Shown: positions 54,458 to 63,978 of the stretch, one piece after another
Layout: every line of letters begins with the position of its first letter
How positions within the stretch are numbered: the first letter of the stretch is position 1
Made by a program: the position numbers and the translations under genes
Notes under the pieces: model-generated
Databases searched by the model: none
What the model saw: the letters and a program-made list of their open reading frames with translations, nothing else
Told to the model about the DNA's origin: nothing
DNA from: an uncultured Burkholderiales bacterium
Lineage (GTDB): Bacteria; Actinomycetota; Acidimicrobiia; IMCC26256; JACPCJ01
DNA: 64,000 nucleotides
NCBI GenBank assembly: GCA_964615175.1
Contig: CAZTOV010000003.1
Location: 3,708 to 67,707, forward strand
Reading direction: 5' to 3'

Positions 54458-57400
54458 TCAGGCCAGGCGCTCGGCCGGGTGCAGCTCGGGCTCCTCGACG
54501 AGGCGCTCCATCATCTCGGTCTCGGGCTCCGGCGGCATCCCGAGGTCTTCGAGGACGGCACGGCATCGTCCGACGGAGCGGCGCGCCGCGGCCCGGTCGC
54601 CGCGCCCGAGATGCACCGCCGTGAGGAGGCGGTGGGCCGGCTCCGACCACTCGTCGGCTTCCACCGCTCGCGTTGCGAGGTCGAGGGCGTCGTCGTACGC
54701 CCGTTGGGCCAGGAGGAGTTCACCGGCCCTTACGGCGGCCTCCACGAAACGGCTGCGCAGCGTGTCACGACGCGGCTGGGCCCAGTCCTCGTACGGGGCA
54801 TCGGCCAGGTAGTCGCCCCGCCAGAGGTCGACGGCCTCCTGCAAGTGGCCCAGCGCCACCGACGGCGTACCTGTGTCGTCTGCCTCCCGGGCCTGTGCGA
54901 GCAGCCGTTCGAAGTCCCACGCGTCGACCCGGGCATGGTCGCCTGCGGCGAGGCGCAGGCGGGGCCCTTCGGTACGGATCACGAACGGCGCTTCGCCGGG
55001 GCCTCGCTCCGGTTCGAGCACGCCATGCAGGTAGTTGAGCGTCGTGCGCAGGTTACGACCCGACGCCTCGCTGTCGAGGTCGGGCCACAGGGCGGTTGCC
55101 ACCTCTTCCCGGGTCGCGCTCCTGCGATCGACGAGGTACATGAGGAGGGCCCGCACACGTTCCCGGCGCCAGTCAGGTTCGTCGACGGCCTCGCCGCCTC
55201 GTCGCAACTCCAGCGGGCCGAGCACGCTGATCTCGAGGGGGCGAGCCGGAGGCACCGGGAGTTCGGCGAGCATCGAGCGGGCGGCCCGCGCCACCGGTTC
55301 CACCACGTGTTCGGAGGCTCGACGCAGGGCGGTGCGGGCTGCTCCTTCGCCGTGCTCGAGGAACCACTGGAGCAAGTTCGTGCCCGCGGTCACGCCGGCG
55401 GCGTGACCGGCCACGGCCAACTCCACGGCCCACGGCAAGGGGAGATGGGCGAGGACGAATCCGGGTTCGCGCCACTCCAGCGTTCGCACCGGGTCGAAGT
55501 CGCCTGCGTCACGGATCGCGATGAGCGCATGTGCCAGATCGCGCGCGTGCGCCAGATCCGGTCCCAACTCCTTCTCGTCCCAGATCGGACGCAACTCGGG
55601 GACCAGTACCTCCACGAGGGCGAGGTGCATACGGTACTGGCGCTCGACGCCCGTTGACGCGAGCGCCTCGGCGTCGACGGCCGCTCGTAGGGAATCGGCG
55701 GCGCGGCCCTCGTCGCCCTCGATGACGGCGACGGACGCCTCGGCGATGCTCAGGGAGCGACCGGGTTCACTCCGGCGTGACCTGCCGACCGCCCGCCGGG
55801 CCTCACCGAGCGCCTCGCGTGCTTCGTCGAGTCGTCCGACGTACGCGGTCCCGAACGCGAACGAGGTCGCGACCGTGGCCCGATAGCGGGCGAGGTCGTC
55901 GGGCGCGGCCTCGACCTCCGCCCGGCGTTCGAGGGCCACCAGCGGCTCGCCGGCGTAGAAGAGGGCCCACAGGGGAGCGATGCGCGCGGCGACGAAGGCG
56001 TCTCCGCCGAGACGGGCGACTTCGGCCGCGTGTGGCACTGCCTCACGGGCCCGACCGAGCAGGATCAGAGCGCGGCAGGCGAACCACTCGACGACAGCCC
56101 GCCAACCGTCCGAGAGGGTGTCGCCGTCGAGCTGGCCGGCGGCGGCGAGGACGGCCTCGTCGTCCCCGCTCATCTCGGCAAGGCCGAGGTGGGCGAGCTT
56201 GGCCAGCGTCTTCGCCTCGTCGGCCCCCGCGGCCTCGAGTTCGAGGACCCGACCGACCACCCGGCCGAGCGCTTCAGCGTCGTCGTGGAGCCACGCCAGG
56301 TAGGCGCGTTGGCCCAGCGCTGCCACCTCCCCGGCGACGTCATCGGCCTCGCAGAAGCCGGCGATCGCCCGCTCGAGAGGCTTGATCGCGGTCTCGGCGC
56401 TCGGGTCGTGCGCCCGGGTGACCATCGCTTCCAGAAGGGCGGTTTCGGGCGCGTCGGGATCACGGTGGCGGAGTAGCTCGAACCAGCGAGTGGCGGTGTC
56501 GGCGGTGAGGGGCGCGTGCCCGGCCCCGCACGCGCCCACCACGATGGAAGCCAGCTCGCCCCAGTCGGAGACCGCGACCAGCAGCTCGACGGCGCGCTCC
56601 TCGTCGCCTCGGGCCCGGAGCGCCTTGGCGGCGCGGCGCCGCACCTCCTCGGTTTCGACGGGGGCCAGCAGGGGCGCGCTGACGGGTTCCCAGAGCCGGT
56701 GCGGGACGAACCACCCCGGGGACCGTTCGCGGAGCATCGGGACGCTGGCCGCCAGGCGGTCGAGGTCGACCACGGGGCGGTCGGCAGGGAGGCAGGCACG
56801 GAGCAGGTCCTCGTCCGCACCGCCGACGGCCACGAGGGTCGCCAGCGTGACGCGGAGATCGTCGTCCAGGTGATCGAGGACCTCCTCCCAGAGGAAGTGC
56901 TCGCTTCCGTGCCGGCCTGCTGACGCGACCAGCTCGGCGAGGGCCGGCCACCCCGCGGTCTCTCGCAGCTCGCCGACCTCGATACCGCGGAGCGCGGCGA
57001 ACGCGTGCATCTCCTCGTCGCGGAAGCGCAGTTCGTCCTCGTCGACGACCGCGATCGCGTCCTGGGCGGCGTCACGGGCGAGTGGCAGGTCGAGTGGGGG
57101 CCGCGAGGCGACCACGAGGTGCCCGTTGCCCGGCAGCGCCCGGGCGAGCCGGTGGACGAGGGCGCGTACGGGATGGTCCTCGTCGTAGGCGTGGAGGTCG
57201 TCGACAACCAGCGCCACCTCGAGGGGCGATCGACTCCACACCCCTTCGACCACGGCCTCGGCGAGGGTGGCCGGATCGTGGACCGGCTCGCCGGCGACGA
57301 GCCCCGCGTCCCGCAGCCGCTCGGCGGCGATCCTCAGCGTGACCTCGCCGGGACCGAGCCCGAAAGGCACGTCGAGCCCCCGCGGCGACAGGGCGTTCTC

Positions 57401-57547
57401 CTCGACGGCCTGGGTGAGGAGAGTGGTCTTGCCGAACCCGGCACCGGCGACCACGGCGACGACGCGACGCTGCCAGCGCCCGTGGAGGCGCGTGACGAGG
57501 CGGGGGCGCACCACGAGGTCACGGGTAGCTGCCCGCCCGCCGGCCAT
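54458..57547 (-). CDS. STAND ATPase with C-terminal SARP wHTH + BTAD (inverted AfsR-like order)
   Basis: 1029 aa. N-terminal P-loop VVAGAGFGKTTLL and Walker B LVVDDLH. Central helical repeats. C-terminal LEISVLGPLELRRGG..ALWPD..LWRGDYLADAPYEDW.. Confidence 0.8.
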   Translation of the reverse strand: MAGGRAATRDLVVRPRLVTRLHGRWQRRVVAVVAGAGFGKTTLLTQAVEENALSPRGLDVPFGLGPGEVTLRIAAERLRDAGLVAGEPVHDPATLAEAVVEGVWSRSPLEVALVVDDLHAYDEDHPVRALVHRLARALPGNGHLVVASRPPLDLPLARDAAQDAIAVVDEDELRFRDEEMHAFAALRGIEVGELRETAGWPALAELVASAGRHGSEHFLWEEVLDHLDDDLRVTLATLVAVGGADEDLLRACLPADRPVVDLDRLAASVPMLRERSPGWFVPHRLWEPVSAPLLAPVETEEVRRRAAKALRARGDEERAVELLVAVSDWGELASIVVGACGAGHAPLTADTATRWFELLRHRDPDAPETALLEAMVTRAHDPSAETAIKPLERAIAGFCEADDVAGEVAALGQRAYLAWLHDDAEALGRVVGRVLELEAAGADEAKTLAKLAHLGLAEMSGDDEAVLAAAGQLDGDTLSDGWRAVVEWFACRALILLGRAREAVPHAAEVARLGGDAFVAARIAPLWALFYAGEPLVALERRAEVEAAPDDLARYRATVATSFAFGTAYVGRLDEAREALGEARRAVGRSRRSEPGRSLSIAEASVAVIEGDEGRAADSLRAAVDAEALASTGVERQYRMHLALVEVLVPELRPIWDEKELGPDLAHARDLAHALIAIRDAGDFDPVRTLEWREPGFVLAHLPLPWAVELAVAGHAAGVTAGTNLLQWFLEHGEGAARTALRRASEHVVEPVARAARSMLAELPVPPARPLEISVLGPLELRRGGEAVDEPDWRRERVRALLMYLVDRRSATREEVATALWPDLDSEASGRNLRTTLNYLHGVLEPERGPGEAPFVIRTEGPRLRLAAGDHARVDAWDFERLLAQAREADDTGTPSVALGHLQEAVDLWRGDYLADAPYEDWAQPRRDTLRSRFVEAAVRAGELLLAQRAYDDALDLATRAVEADEWSEPAHRLLTAVHLGRGDRAAARRSVGRCRAVLEDLGMPPEPETEMMERLVEEPELHPAERLA

Positions 57548-57668
57548 GTTCGGGAGGGTAGCTCAGGTCGAATTGTCAGGATTCGCGAGAGATTGGAGCG
57601 CCCGCTGACGTGTCGCTGACGCGACGGTCTGCACCATGCGGGGCCATGGACTGTGAGGGAGGTTCCCG

Positions 57669-58478
57669 ATGAAACGCTGCGCTCGGCGCTGGCTCGCCCT
57701 GGTCGTCGCGTTCGTGCTCGTGGGTGCTGCGTGCAGCGATGGCGACGGGAACGGCGACGCTTCGGACGGTGCTCCTGTCGAGGGGACCGCGGTCGACGGG
57801 ACGAATGGTGGAGGCCCGGAGGGGGACTCGGAAGAGCAGGACACCTCGGACGACGCCGACAGCGTGCCCGCCGAGACGGAGGACGACTGTTTCCTGGAGG
57901 AGCCGGGCGAGGACACGGAATGCTTCATCGACGTGGTCGACTTCGAGGTCGAGCGGGTGCCGCCCGGAGCCGCCGCTGACGACGACGCCGCGGTCGGCGC
58001 GGGGACCGGCCCCGTCGCCGTCATGGGGCGAGTCACCGGCGCGCCGTGCGCGGGCGTACGGGCGACGCTCGTCACCGCCGACGACCTCGAACAGCTCGGC
58101 TCGGGCCCCGAGGTGTTGTTCACGATGGCGGTCCGACCCGCGGGTACGCCCGGGTCGGGGAACAGCAAAGACACCACGGTCTCGTTGCGGTACCGCGACG
58201 GGGGGTGGCAGGAGCCCGAGGCGCTCGGGCCCGGAGGACCCAGCGAACGACCTGCCGAGGGAACGTATTCGGGCGGCGTCGAGGGCCGGAATGTCGTGCT
58301 GCAGCTCCACGCCCACAATGACGGGAGCTGCATCAGCGACGACGACGGGATGCGCCTCCACGTTTTCGCCGCGGAGGACGGCTTCGGCGGCCCGGGTAGC
58401 TCCAACGCAACGGTGTACGACGTCGTCGGGGTCGAGGGGAAGTTCGACGTCAAGCCGGTCGGCGCGTACGTCGGCTGA
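57669..58478 (+). CDS. Lipoprotein (paralogous C-terminal domain with 58494..60008)
   Basis: 269 aa. Signal/lipobox LVVAFVLVGAAC. The C-terminal GTYSGGVEGRNVVLQLHAHNDGSCISDDDGMRLHVF..VGAYVG matches GTFSARVDGTNVVLELGALADGGCILESDEMRLKFE..ISAYLG in the neighbour. Confidence 0.7.
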   Translation: MKRCARRWLALVVAFVLVGAACSDGDGNGDASDGAPVEGTAVDGTNGGGPEGDSEEQDTSDDADSVPAETEDDCFLEEPGEDTECFIDVVDFEVERVPPGAAADDDAAVGAGTGPVAVMGRVTGAPCAGVRATLVTADDLEQLGSGPEVLFTMAVRPAGTPGSGNSKDTTVSLRYRDGGWQEPEALGPGGPSERPAEGTYSGGVEGRNVVLQLHAHNDGSCISDDDGMRLHVFAAEDGFGGPGSSNATVYDVVGVEGKFDVKPVGAYVG

Positions 58479-58493
58479 ACGGAGACCCAAGCT

Positions 58494-60008
58494 ATGAGGA
58501 GGTTCTCGACGATGTTCACGTGGCGTCCGATCGCACTCCTGGTCGCGCTGACCCTGGTGGCCGCGGCCTGCGGGAGCGACGGCGACGGCGAATCCGCAGT
58601 CGCGGGCGGTGATTCAGAGCAAGCCGAGGAGGAGGAGATCGAACTTGAGCCCGAGGTCTTGATCAAGGCCGACGAGGGTGGCTCGGTCGGCCTGCCCGAC
58701 GGTTCGGTACAGCTCGACGTCCCACCCGGCGCGCTGGCGGAGGACACGACCATCTCGGTGAGCAGGGTGAAGCGTGCGGATTATCCCGAGGAGCTAGACC
58801 CCAGCGACGGGCGGGTTGGGGAGGTCTATGAGTTCGAGCCCGACGGCCTCGAGTTCGAGCAGCCGGCGACCGTCACTCTCCGTTCTGAGCGGAGCAGCGT
58901 CGAGATTGACGACGGCCAGGTGCAGATGGGCCTGTTGCTCTCGCGGTCATCGGACGGTGAATGGGAGGTGCTCGACAACCCTGCGACCGAGGCGAACTTG
59001 TCAGAGGAACGCCGAAGCGTCACCGCGAAGCTGACGCACTTCAGCAGGGTCGTCGACGTCGACAGCGACATCGTGCTGGTGATCACCCCCAAGAGCGTCG
59101 AGGTCAACCCGCCCGCGTCCTGGACGGCCGAGGTCGGGTGGTCGAACGCGGGCACAGACACCGTGGAGGTCCTTGAGTCCGAGTGGACGGCGACGGGTTC
59201 GGTCACTGCGGGCGACGGGTTCGTGCCGATGGAAGCCATGAGTCCGGGCGATCAGCTACGTGCATCCAACGAGTTCTCGTGCCAGGAGGAGCCCGGTGGC
59301 ACCTTCGGCTTCTCGATCAGGCTCGGGATCCAGGCGTTGGATCTGGGTGAGGCACTCGCGGCCGCACTCGCCGGCCAAGTCCCAGGCCGGTTGAGCGTCC
59401 ACGGCGACGCCGTGTGCAGCGACGAGGTCACAACATCGAGCATTGACATGACCACCGAGCAGGACATCGTCGAGCAGGCCGGCGATTGTTTCCGGCCCAA
59501 GGAGGGCGAGGCCGCGTGCGTGGTCGACGTGCTCGACTGGATCGTCGAGGTGGGCATCACCGTCGGCGAGGACGCCGGTGGGTCGGGTGACGAGTCGGCC
59601 CTCGGCCGGGCCGCACGGACGGAGTGCGCGGGCCAGGGCGTCCGGGTGACCGCCGAGACCGACACCGATCTCGAGTCACTCGACTCCGGTCTGAGCGGCG
59701 AGGTGGTCATGCGGATCCATCCCGACGGCGGTGCCGACTCGGGCGTCGGGATGAGCTACCGGGGCGGCTCGTGGTCGACGTTCGCCTTCGGACCGGGCGA
59801 GAGCGAGCCGGCCGAGGGCACGTTCTCGGCCCGCGTCGACGGCACGAACGTCGTCCTCGAGCTGGGTGCCCTCGCCGACGGGGGCTGCATCCTCGAGAGC
59901 GACGAGATGCGGCTCAAGTTCGAGATGGCTCCGGGGAACGACCGCATCTACGACCAGGCTCTCGAGGGGCTTCAGGAGTACGCGCCCATCAGCGCGTACC
60001 TCGGGTGA
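58494..60008 (+). CDS. Lipoprotein (paralogous C-terminal domain with 57669..58478)
   Basis: 504 aa. Signal/lipobox LVALTLVAAAC. Same C-terminal domain as the upstream gene. Confidence 0.7.
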   Translation: MRRFSTMFTWRPIALLVALTLVAAACGSDGDGESAVAGGDSEQAEEEEIELEPEVLIKADEGGSVGLPDGSVQLDVPPGALAEDTTISVSRVKRADYPEELDPSDGRVGEVYEFEPDGLEFEQPATVTLRSERSSVEIDDGQVQMGLLLSRSSDGEWEVLDNPATEANLSEERRSVTAKLTHFSRVVDVDSDIVLVITPKSVEVNPPASWTAEVGWSNAGTDTVEVLESEWTATGSVTAGDGFVPMEAMSPGDQLRASNEFSCQEEPGGTFGFSIRLGIQALDLGEALAAALAGQVPGRLSVHGDAVCSDEVTTSSIDMTTEQDIVEQAGDCFRPKEGEAACVVDVLDWIVEVGITVGEDAGGSGDESALGRAARTECAGQGVRVTAETDTDLESLDSGLSGEVVMRIHPDGGADSGVGMSYRGGSWSTFAFGPGESEPAEGTFSARVDGTNVVLELGALADGGCILESDEMRLKFEMAPGNDRIYDQALEGLQEYAPISAYLG

Positions 60009-60139
60009 GATGGGACGGACGAACCGCGGCAGACCTCCCGGCCGAGGTTCATTCCAGTGGGTCGCCTGATGACGCGCGGGATTTCGGACCGGCACTCGGT
60101 ACGGTGAGCCCCCGATTGCACAGCACGGGTCATCCAGAC

Positions 60140-60173
60140 TTCGTCATGCGCAGGTCAGGGGTTCGAATCCCCT
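60140..60173 (+). repeat. Copy of the tRNA-Thr 3' half (attR-like)
   Basis: TTCGTCATGCGCAGGTCAGGGGTTCGAATCCCCT versus 14575-14608 TTCGTAATGCGC..CCCCT: 33/34 identical, direct orientation. The acceptor 3' strand has diverged (GGCCGAC vs TCCCGGC) and no 5' half is present. Confidence 0.85.
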
Positions 60174-60291
60174 GGCCGACCTGAACGGTCCCCTGGCATG
60201 GGGGCCAGGACGACGGCGGCGAAGACGGTGAGCACAAGTGAGATGAGCACCCGAGAATGGGGAACCAGCCCACCTGATCCCGACCCCGTTT

Positions 60292-60963
60292 CTACGTGTC
60301 ACGCTCTTCGTAGGTGTCGACCAGTGAACCGAAGGCGATCACGTTGTCGTCGTAGTGACGCAACTCGCGGTCGAACGGTCCGCCGCAGGTGATGAGTCGC
60401 AGGCCGGCGTGGTCGATGTCGCCGTAGACGAGCTGGGTCGGGAATTCGACCTTCGGGTAGCTGCGTACTGCCTCTACCTCGAACTCGGCGATCATCCCAT
60501 CTGCTCTGGTGACCATGACGCGGTCTTCTGGCTCGAGGTCGCCCAATTCGAAGAACACAGACGGGCCCCCCGCTGCGGAGTCGACGTGTCCCGTGATGAT
60601 CGACGGGCCGAGCGAGCCGGGGGTTGGGGAATGCTCGTACCAGGCCGCCTCGTCGTAGTGCGGGCCGGGCGCCGGCACTTCGAGCGCGCCGTTCGCCTGC
60701 AAGCCCAAGTGCTGCACTGCAGAGTGCACGCCGATCGCCGGGATGTCGATCGCTACCGGCTCCGATGGCGGGAGCACCGTCCCCTCCCCGCGGAGTGAGT
60801 GGGGCGACGCCGGCGTGGCGGTTCCGATCGAGCCGGCCGCCGACGGCGACGGTTGCGGGGGATGGGGCTGGGAGGCAAGCGTCACGCCGATGACGGTGGC
60901 TCCGCTCACGCCAACAATGGCGGCGATCACGGCGGCGACCAGACCGCGGCGGCCTCCGCGCAT
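60292..60963 (-). CDS. Class F sortase
   Basis: ATG 60963 (MRGGRRGLVAAVIAAIVGV.. TM). HVDS His region and LRLITCGGPFD Cys motif. The ORF track's start at 61032 would overlap the upstream gene. Confidence 0.85.
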   Translation of the reverse strand: MRGGRRGLVAAVIAAIVGVSGATVIGVTLASQPHPPQPSPSAAGSIGTATPASPHSLRGEGTVLPPSEPVAIDIPAIGVHSAVQHLGLQANGALEVPAPGPHYDEAAWYEHSPTPGSLGPSIITGHVDSAAGGPSVFFELGDLEPEDRVMVTRADGMIAEFEVEAVRSYPKVEFPTQLVYGDIDHAGLRLITCGGPFDRELRHYDDNVIAFGSLVDTYEERDT

Positions 60964-60995
60964 CAGTGCCTTCTTCACGCCGATGCGGATCGCGA

Positions 60996-62024
60996 TCAGG
61001 TCGCTTGGATCACCCGGCGGCGGACCATCCATGCGCCGGCTGCGACCGCCAGCAGTCCGGCGCCCACCGCGAGCGGGGCCAGATCGTGGCCACCCGCCGT
61101 CGCACCACCGCCGGTGTCGACACCGCCGGTGGGGATTCGGTCCACCTGCCCGCCGTCACCGTCACCACCCGTGCCGTCACCGTCTCCATTCGTGCCGTCA
61201 CCGTCTCCGTCGGTGCCGTCACCGTCACCATTCGTACCGTCACCGTCACCATCGGTCCCGTCACCATCGTCCGGATCCGTTCCCTCGCCGGTGCCGGCAG
61301 CGCAGGTCGCTCTGGTGATGGTGTTGTCGTCGAGCGTGACCGCCTTGTTCCGGGCCAAGGTCCGGCCGTCGACGGTCGCCCTGGTATTCAGCGTGATCGC
61401 TTCCAGCGCCAGGATGTTCCCGACGAAGTCGGAGTCCGTCCCCAGGGTGGCGGAACTGCCGATCTGCCAGAAGACGTTGCAGGCCTGGGCGCCGTTGATC
61501 AGGTTGACCTGACTCGCCGACGCCGTCGTGAGCGTGGATCCGGCCTGGAAGATGAAGACCGCATCGGCGTCGCCCTGGGCATCGAGCGTGAGCGTCCCTG
61601 TCAGCCCGAGCGAGGAGTTGGACCCGTAGACGCCCGGCGTCAGGGTCTGCCCGCCGAGGTCGGCCGAGATGGTGGCATCACGCGATCGTCCGGCGGCGTC
61701 GTTGTAGGCGGTGACCAGGTCGGTTTTTGCCTGTTCCGCGACCGCGTTGTTGACGTGCTGCGTCCCATTGACCGTTCCGGGCGGGAAGCCCGTCACCGAC
61801 GTTCCGGGATGGAGGCCCAGGTCGCCGTTGATCGTGGTGGGGCCGGTGTTGGTGACGGTGGAGCCGGCCAGGACGGCGAATGCATCGGCTGTACCCAGGC
61901 CGACCGGTGATGGGGCCGCTACGGCTGGCTGGGCTCCAGCCAAGAACATGGCCGAGGCCAGGAGGAGGGGGAGGAGAACGACCGGTCGTCGTCTTGCTGG
62001 GTTACGGAGCACGTCAGCGGCCAT
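60996..62024 (-). CDS. DUF3494 (ice-binding-like) surface protein with a C-terminal sortase sorting signal
   Basis: 342 aa. Signal peptide. AFAVLAGSTVTNTGPTTINGDLGLHPGTSVTGFP is typical of DUF3494. (GDGDGT[NDG]) repeats. IPTGG.. followed by the hydrophobic LAPLAVGAGLLAVAAGAW and RRR. Confidence 0.85.
   Translation of the reverse strand: MAADVLRNPARRRPVVLLPLLLASAMFLAGAQPAVAAPSPVGLGTADAFAVLAGSTVTNTGPTTINGDLGLHPGTSVTGFPPGTVNGTQHVNNAVAEQAKTDLVTAYNDAAGRSRDATISADLGGQTLTPGVYGSNSSLGLTGTLTLDAQGDADAVFIFQAGSTLTTASASQVNLINGAQACNVFWQIGSSATLGTDSDFVGNILALEAITLNTRATVDGRTLARNKAVTLDDNTITRATCAAGTGEGTDPDDGDGTDGDGDGTNGDGDGTDGDGDGTNGDGDGTGGDGDGGQVDRIPTGGVDTGGGATAGGHDLAPLAVGAGLLAVAAGAWMVRRRVIQAT
61150..61272. repeat. 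In-frame tandem repeats, about six 18-21-nt units, encoding GDGDGT(N/D/G)
   Basis: Reiterated GCCGTCACCGTC(A/T)CC... units on the plus strand, inside the DUF3494 gene. Confidence 0.8.
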
Positions 62025-62204
62025 CGGAACGCCCTTCTCTTGGGACCCTGGCCGCGCAACAAGCCAGGTCGCGACGTGAAGAAGGCTATCGGTTGAATGT
62101 GGGGAATTCCGGGGATGGTGTCGACAAGACCGATGTGCTCGACGCCATCACGACCGCACCGGACTGCCTGGAGCCGGTCACGCAGGTCGGGGGTCAGAAG
62201 GTCG

Positions 62205-62831
62205 TCAGAACCCGAGGTTGTGGAAGATGCGTCGGGGGGAGTCGAGGACGCGGCTGGCGGCGGTGACGGCGATGTTGGGCCGGTCGGTGCCGTCGGAGGC
62301 GGCGTAGACGATCTGCTCCAGCGACGGTGGGCCCACCGAGAGGTTGTGGCTGAGCCGCTCGTTGGCGTCGGCGTCCCCGACCACCTTCAGATAGGCGGCG
62401 ACCATGGCACCGCTGCGGCCCACGCCGGCTCCGCAGTGGACGAAGACGGGGCCGTCGGACTCGCGCACGACCTCGATGAAGCGGGCCACCTGTTCCTCGC
62501 TCGGAAGTTGTCCGTCGCGGATCGGCATGCGCACGAACTCGACCCCCTCGCTCTCGAGCCAGTCGGCCGGGGGCGAGATGTCGTCCTCGGCGCGCAGATC
62601 GACCACGGCTCCTGCGTCGGCCTCGGCCAATGACCGGTAGCCGGTGTCGGTCGGGGCACCGCCCCGCCACACGCGTTCGTCGACGACCCGGAAGTTCTTC
62701 ACGCCTTCGACCGACACCGTCTCCGCGTCGGACACGGTGTCGTGGGCCCAGGCCGACGCGGCGAGGATGCCGAGGTTTCCGACGGCGAGGAAGCCGGCGA
62801 GGGCGAGCGCGACGAACTTGATCACACGCAT
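62205..62831 (-). CDS. Membrane-anchored CX5R protein-tyrosine/dual-specificity phosphatase-like protein
   Basis: Probable ATG 62831 ([19 protein letters not shown]; the ORF opens at 63020). P-loop [11 protein letters not shown]. Confidence 0.8.
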   Translation of the reverse strand: MRVIKFVALALAGFLAVGNLGILAASAWAHDTVSDAETVSVEGVKNFRVVDERVWRGGAPTDTGYRSLAEADAGAVVDLRAEDDISPPADWLESEGVEFVRMPIRDGQLPSEEQVARFIEVVRESDGPVFVHCGAGVGRSGAMVAAYLKVVGDADANERLSHNLSVGPPSLEQIVYAASDGTDRPNIAVTAASRVLDSPRRIFHNLGF

Positions 62832-63105
62832 GATGGTGCTGCGGAGGGCTCGGGTCCGGGGGGCGGGTCCGGAGATCGCCTGCTGGAGGTCCCGCTCGCG
62901 CGGCGGCAGAGCGGTGACGTCTCGAGACGCGTGTCGTTCTAGCAGTCCGACGGCCATCACTGATCCATCGGCGTGTACGGCCGCGTGGTTGACCGCCGAC
63001 GCGAATCGAACCTCCGGCACGGATGTCGACGGCCCGACCGGTTCCGTGGGGCGGCTGAATGACAGCGGACGCCGTATACGGAAACCACCGGTAGCATCGG
63101 CAGCG

Positions 63106-63687
63106 ATGGCCGATCGCGCGCGCTTCGCCGAGCAGGCGATGCCCTACATGTCTCAGCTCTACTCGGCGGCCCTCCGCATGACGCGGAACCCGGCCGACGC
63201 CGAGGACCTGGTCCAGGAGACCTTCCTGCGCGCCTACCGGGGCTTCGACACCTTCGAGGCGGGCACCAACCTCAAGGCGTGGCTCTACCGCATCCTCACG
63301 AACACCTACATCAACCAGTACCGCAAGGCGAAGCGCCGCCCCGACGAGGTCGAGCTCGACGAGCTGGAGGACCTCTACCTCTACAAGAAGCTCGGTGGGC
63401 TCACGGAGGCCCGGGCGTCGCGGAGCGCCGAAACCGAGCTGCTCGAGCAGATGCCCGACCGCGAGGTGAAGGCGGCCCTCGAGTCGCTCCCCGACCAGTA
63501 CCGGATCGCGGTCCTGCTGGCCGACGTCGAAGGCTTCCAGTACCGGGAGATCGCCGACATTCTCGACATTCCCATCGGAACCGTCATGAGCCGGATCCAC
63601 CGGGGAAGAAAACTGCTCCAGCATGCGTTGTGGGAATTTGCCGAGGCTCGCGGTCTCGTGCCCGAGCCGGCCGACAGTCCGTCATAG
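63106..63687 (+). CDS. sigH: ECF sigma factor SigH/SigR family
   Basis: ATG 63106. [73 protein letters not shown] closely follows the mycobacterial SigH / Streptomyces SigR pattern. Confidence 0.9.
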   Translation: MADRARFAEQAMPYMSQLYSAALRMTRNPADAEDLVQETFLRAYRGFDTFEAGTNLKAWLYRILTNTYINQYRKAKRRPDEVELDELEDLYLYKKLGGLTEARASRSAETELLEQMPDREVKAALESLPDQYRIAVLLADVEGFQYREIADILDIPIGTVMSRIHRGRKLLQHALWEFAEARGLVPEPADSPS

Positions 63688-63696
63688 GAATACGAC

Positions 63697-63978
63697 ATGG
63701 ATTGCATCCGCGTCAGCCAGAACATCGAGGACTACCTCCACGGCGAGCTGGGTCGGCTGCGCCACCAGGCGGTGGCGCGACACGTCGACACCTGTGCCGC
63801 CTGCTCGGCGAGCATGGAGTTCGAGGCCCGCTACCGGCAGCTCCTGTGGTCGAAGTGCCGCGACGAGGTGCCGCCCGCGCTCCGCGACCGCGTCATGCAG
63901 GCCCTCGAGCAGGCCGCCCTCCCGTCGGAGCTCGAGCCACCGGGCTCGGGGCCGTTCGGCGCTTCGAGCGAGGGCTGA
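63697..63978 (+). CDS. rshA: ZAS-type anti-sigma factor (RshA/RsrA-like)
   Basis: 93 aa, immediately downstream of sigH. HVDTCAACS (HxxxCxxC) zinc-binding anti-sigma motif plus an upstream Cys. Confidence 0.85.
   Translation: MDCIRVSQNIEDYLHGELGRLRHQAVARHVDTCAACSASMEFEARYRQLLWSKCRDEVPPALRDRVMQALEQAALPSELEPPGSGPFGASSEG

Noticed and set aside
60105-60180. A possible second tRNA-Thr gene at the distal repeat
   Set aside because: Only the segment from anticodon loop to T arm matches. There is no D arm, no 5' acceptor complementary to GGCCGAC, and no 5' strand for the anticodon stem.
61150-61272. CRISPR-like array
   Set aside because: The repeats are contiguous 18-21-nt in-frame units with no spacers, inside a coding sequence. 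No CRISPR array was seen anywhere in the window.
62980-63105. SigH/SigR-type promoter (GGAAT-N18-GTT) upstream of sigH, and a LexA box (TCGAAC-N4-GTTCGA) near the helicase at 6035-6115
   Set aside because: Reading by eye found no acceptable match at either site, so nothing is reported.
62194-63624. 476-aa minus-strand ORF
   Set aside because: It overlaps the phosphatase gene in another frame and is antisense to sigH. Its extreme Arg/Pro/Gly content marks it as spurious.
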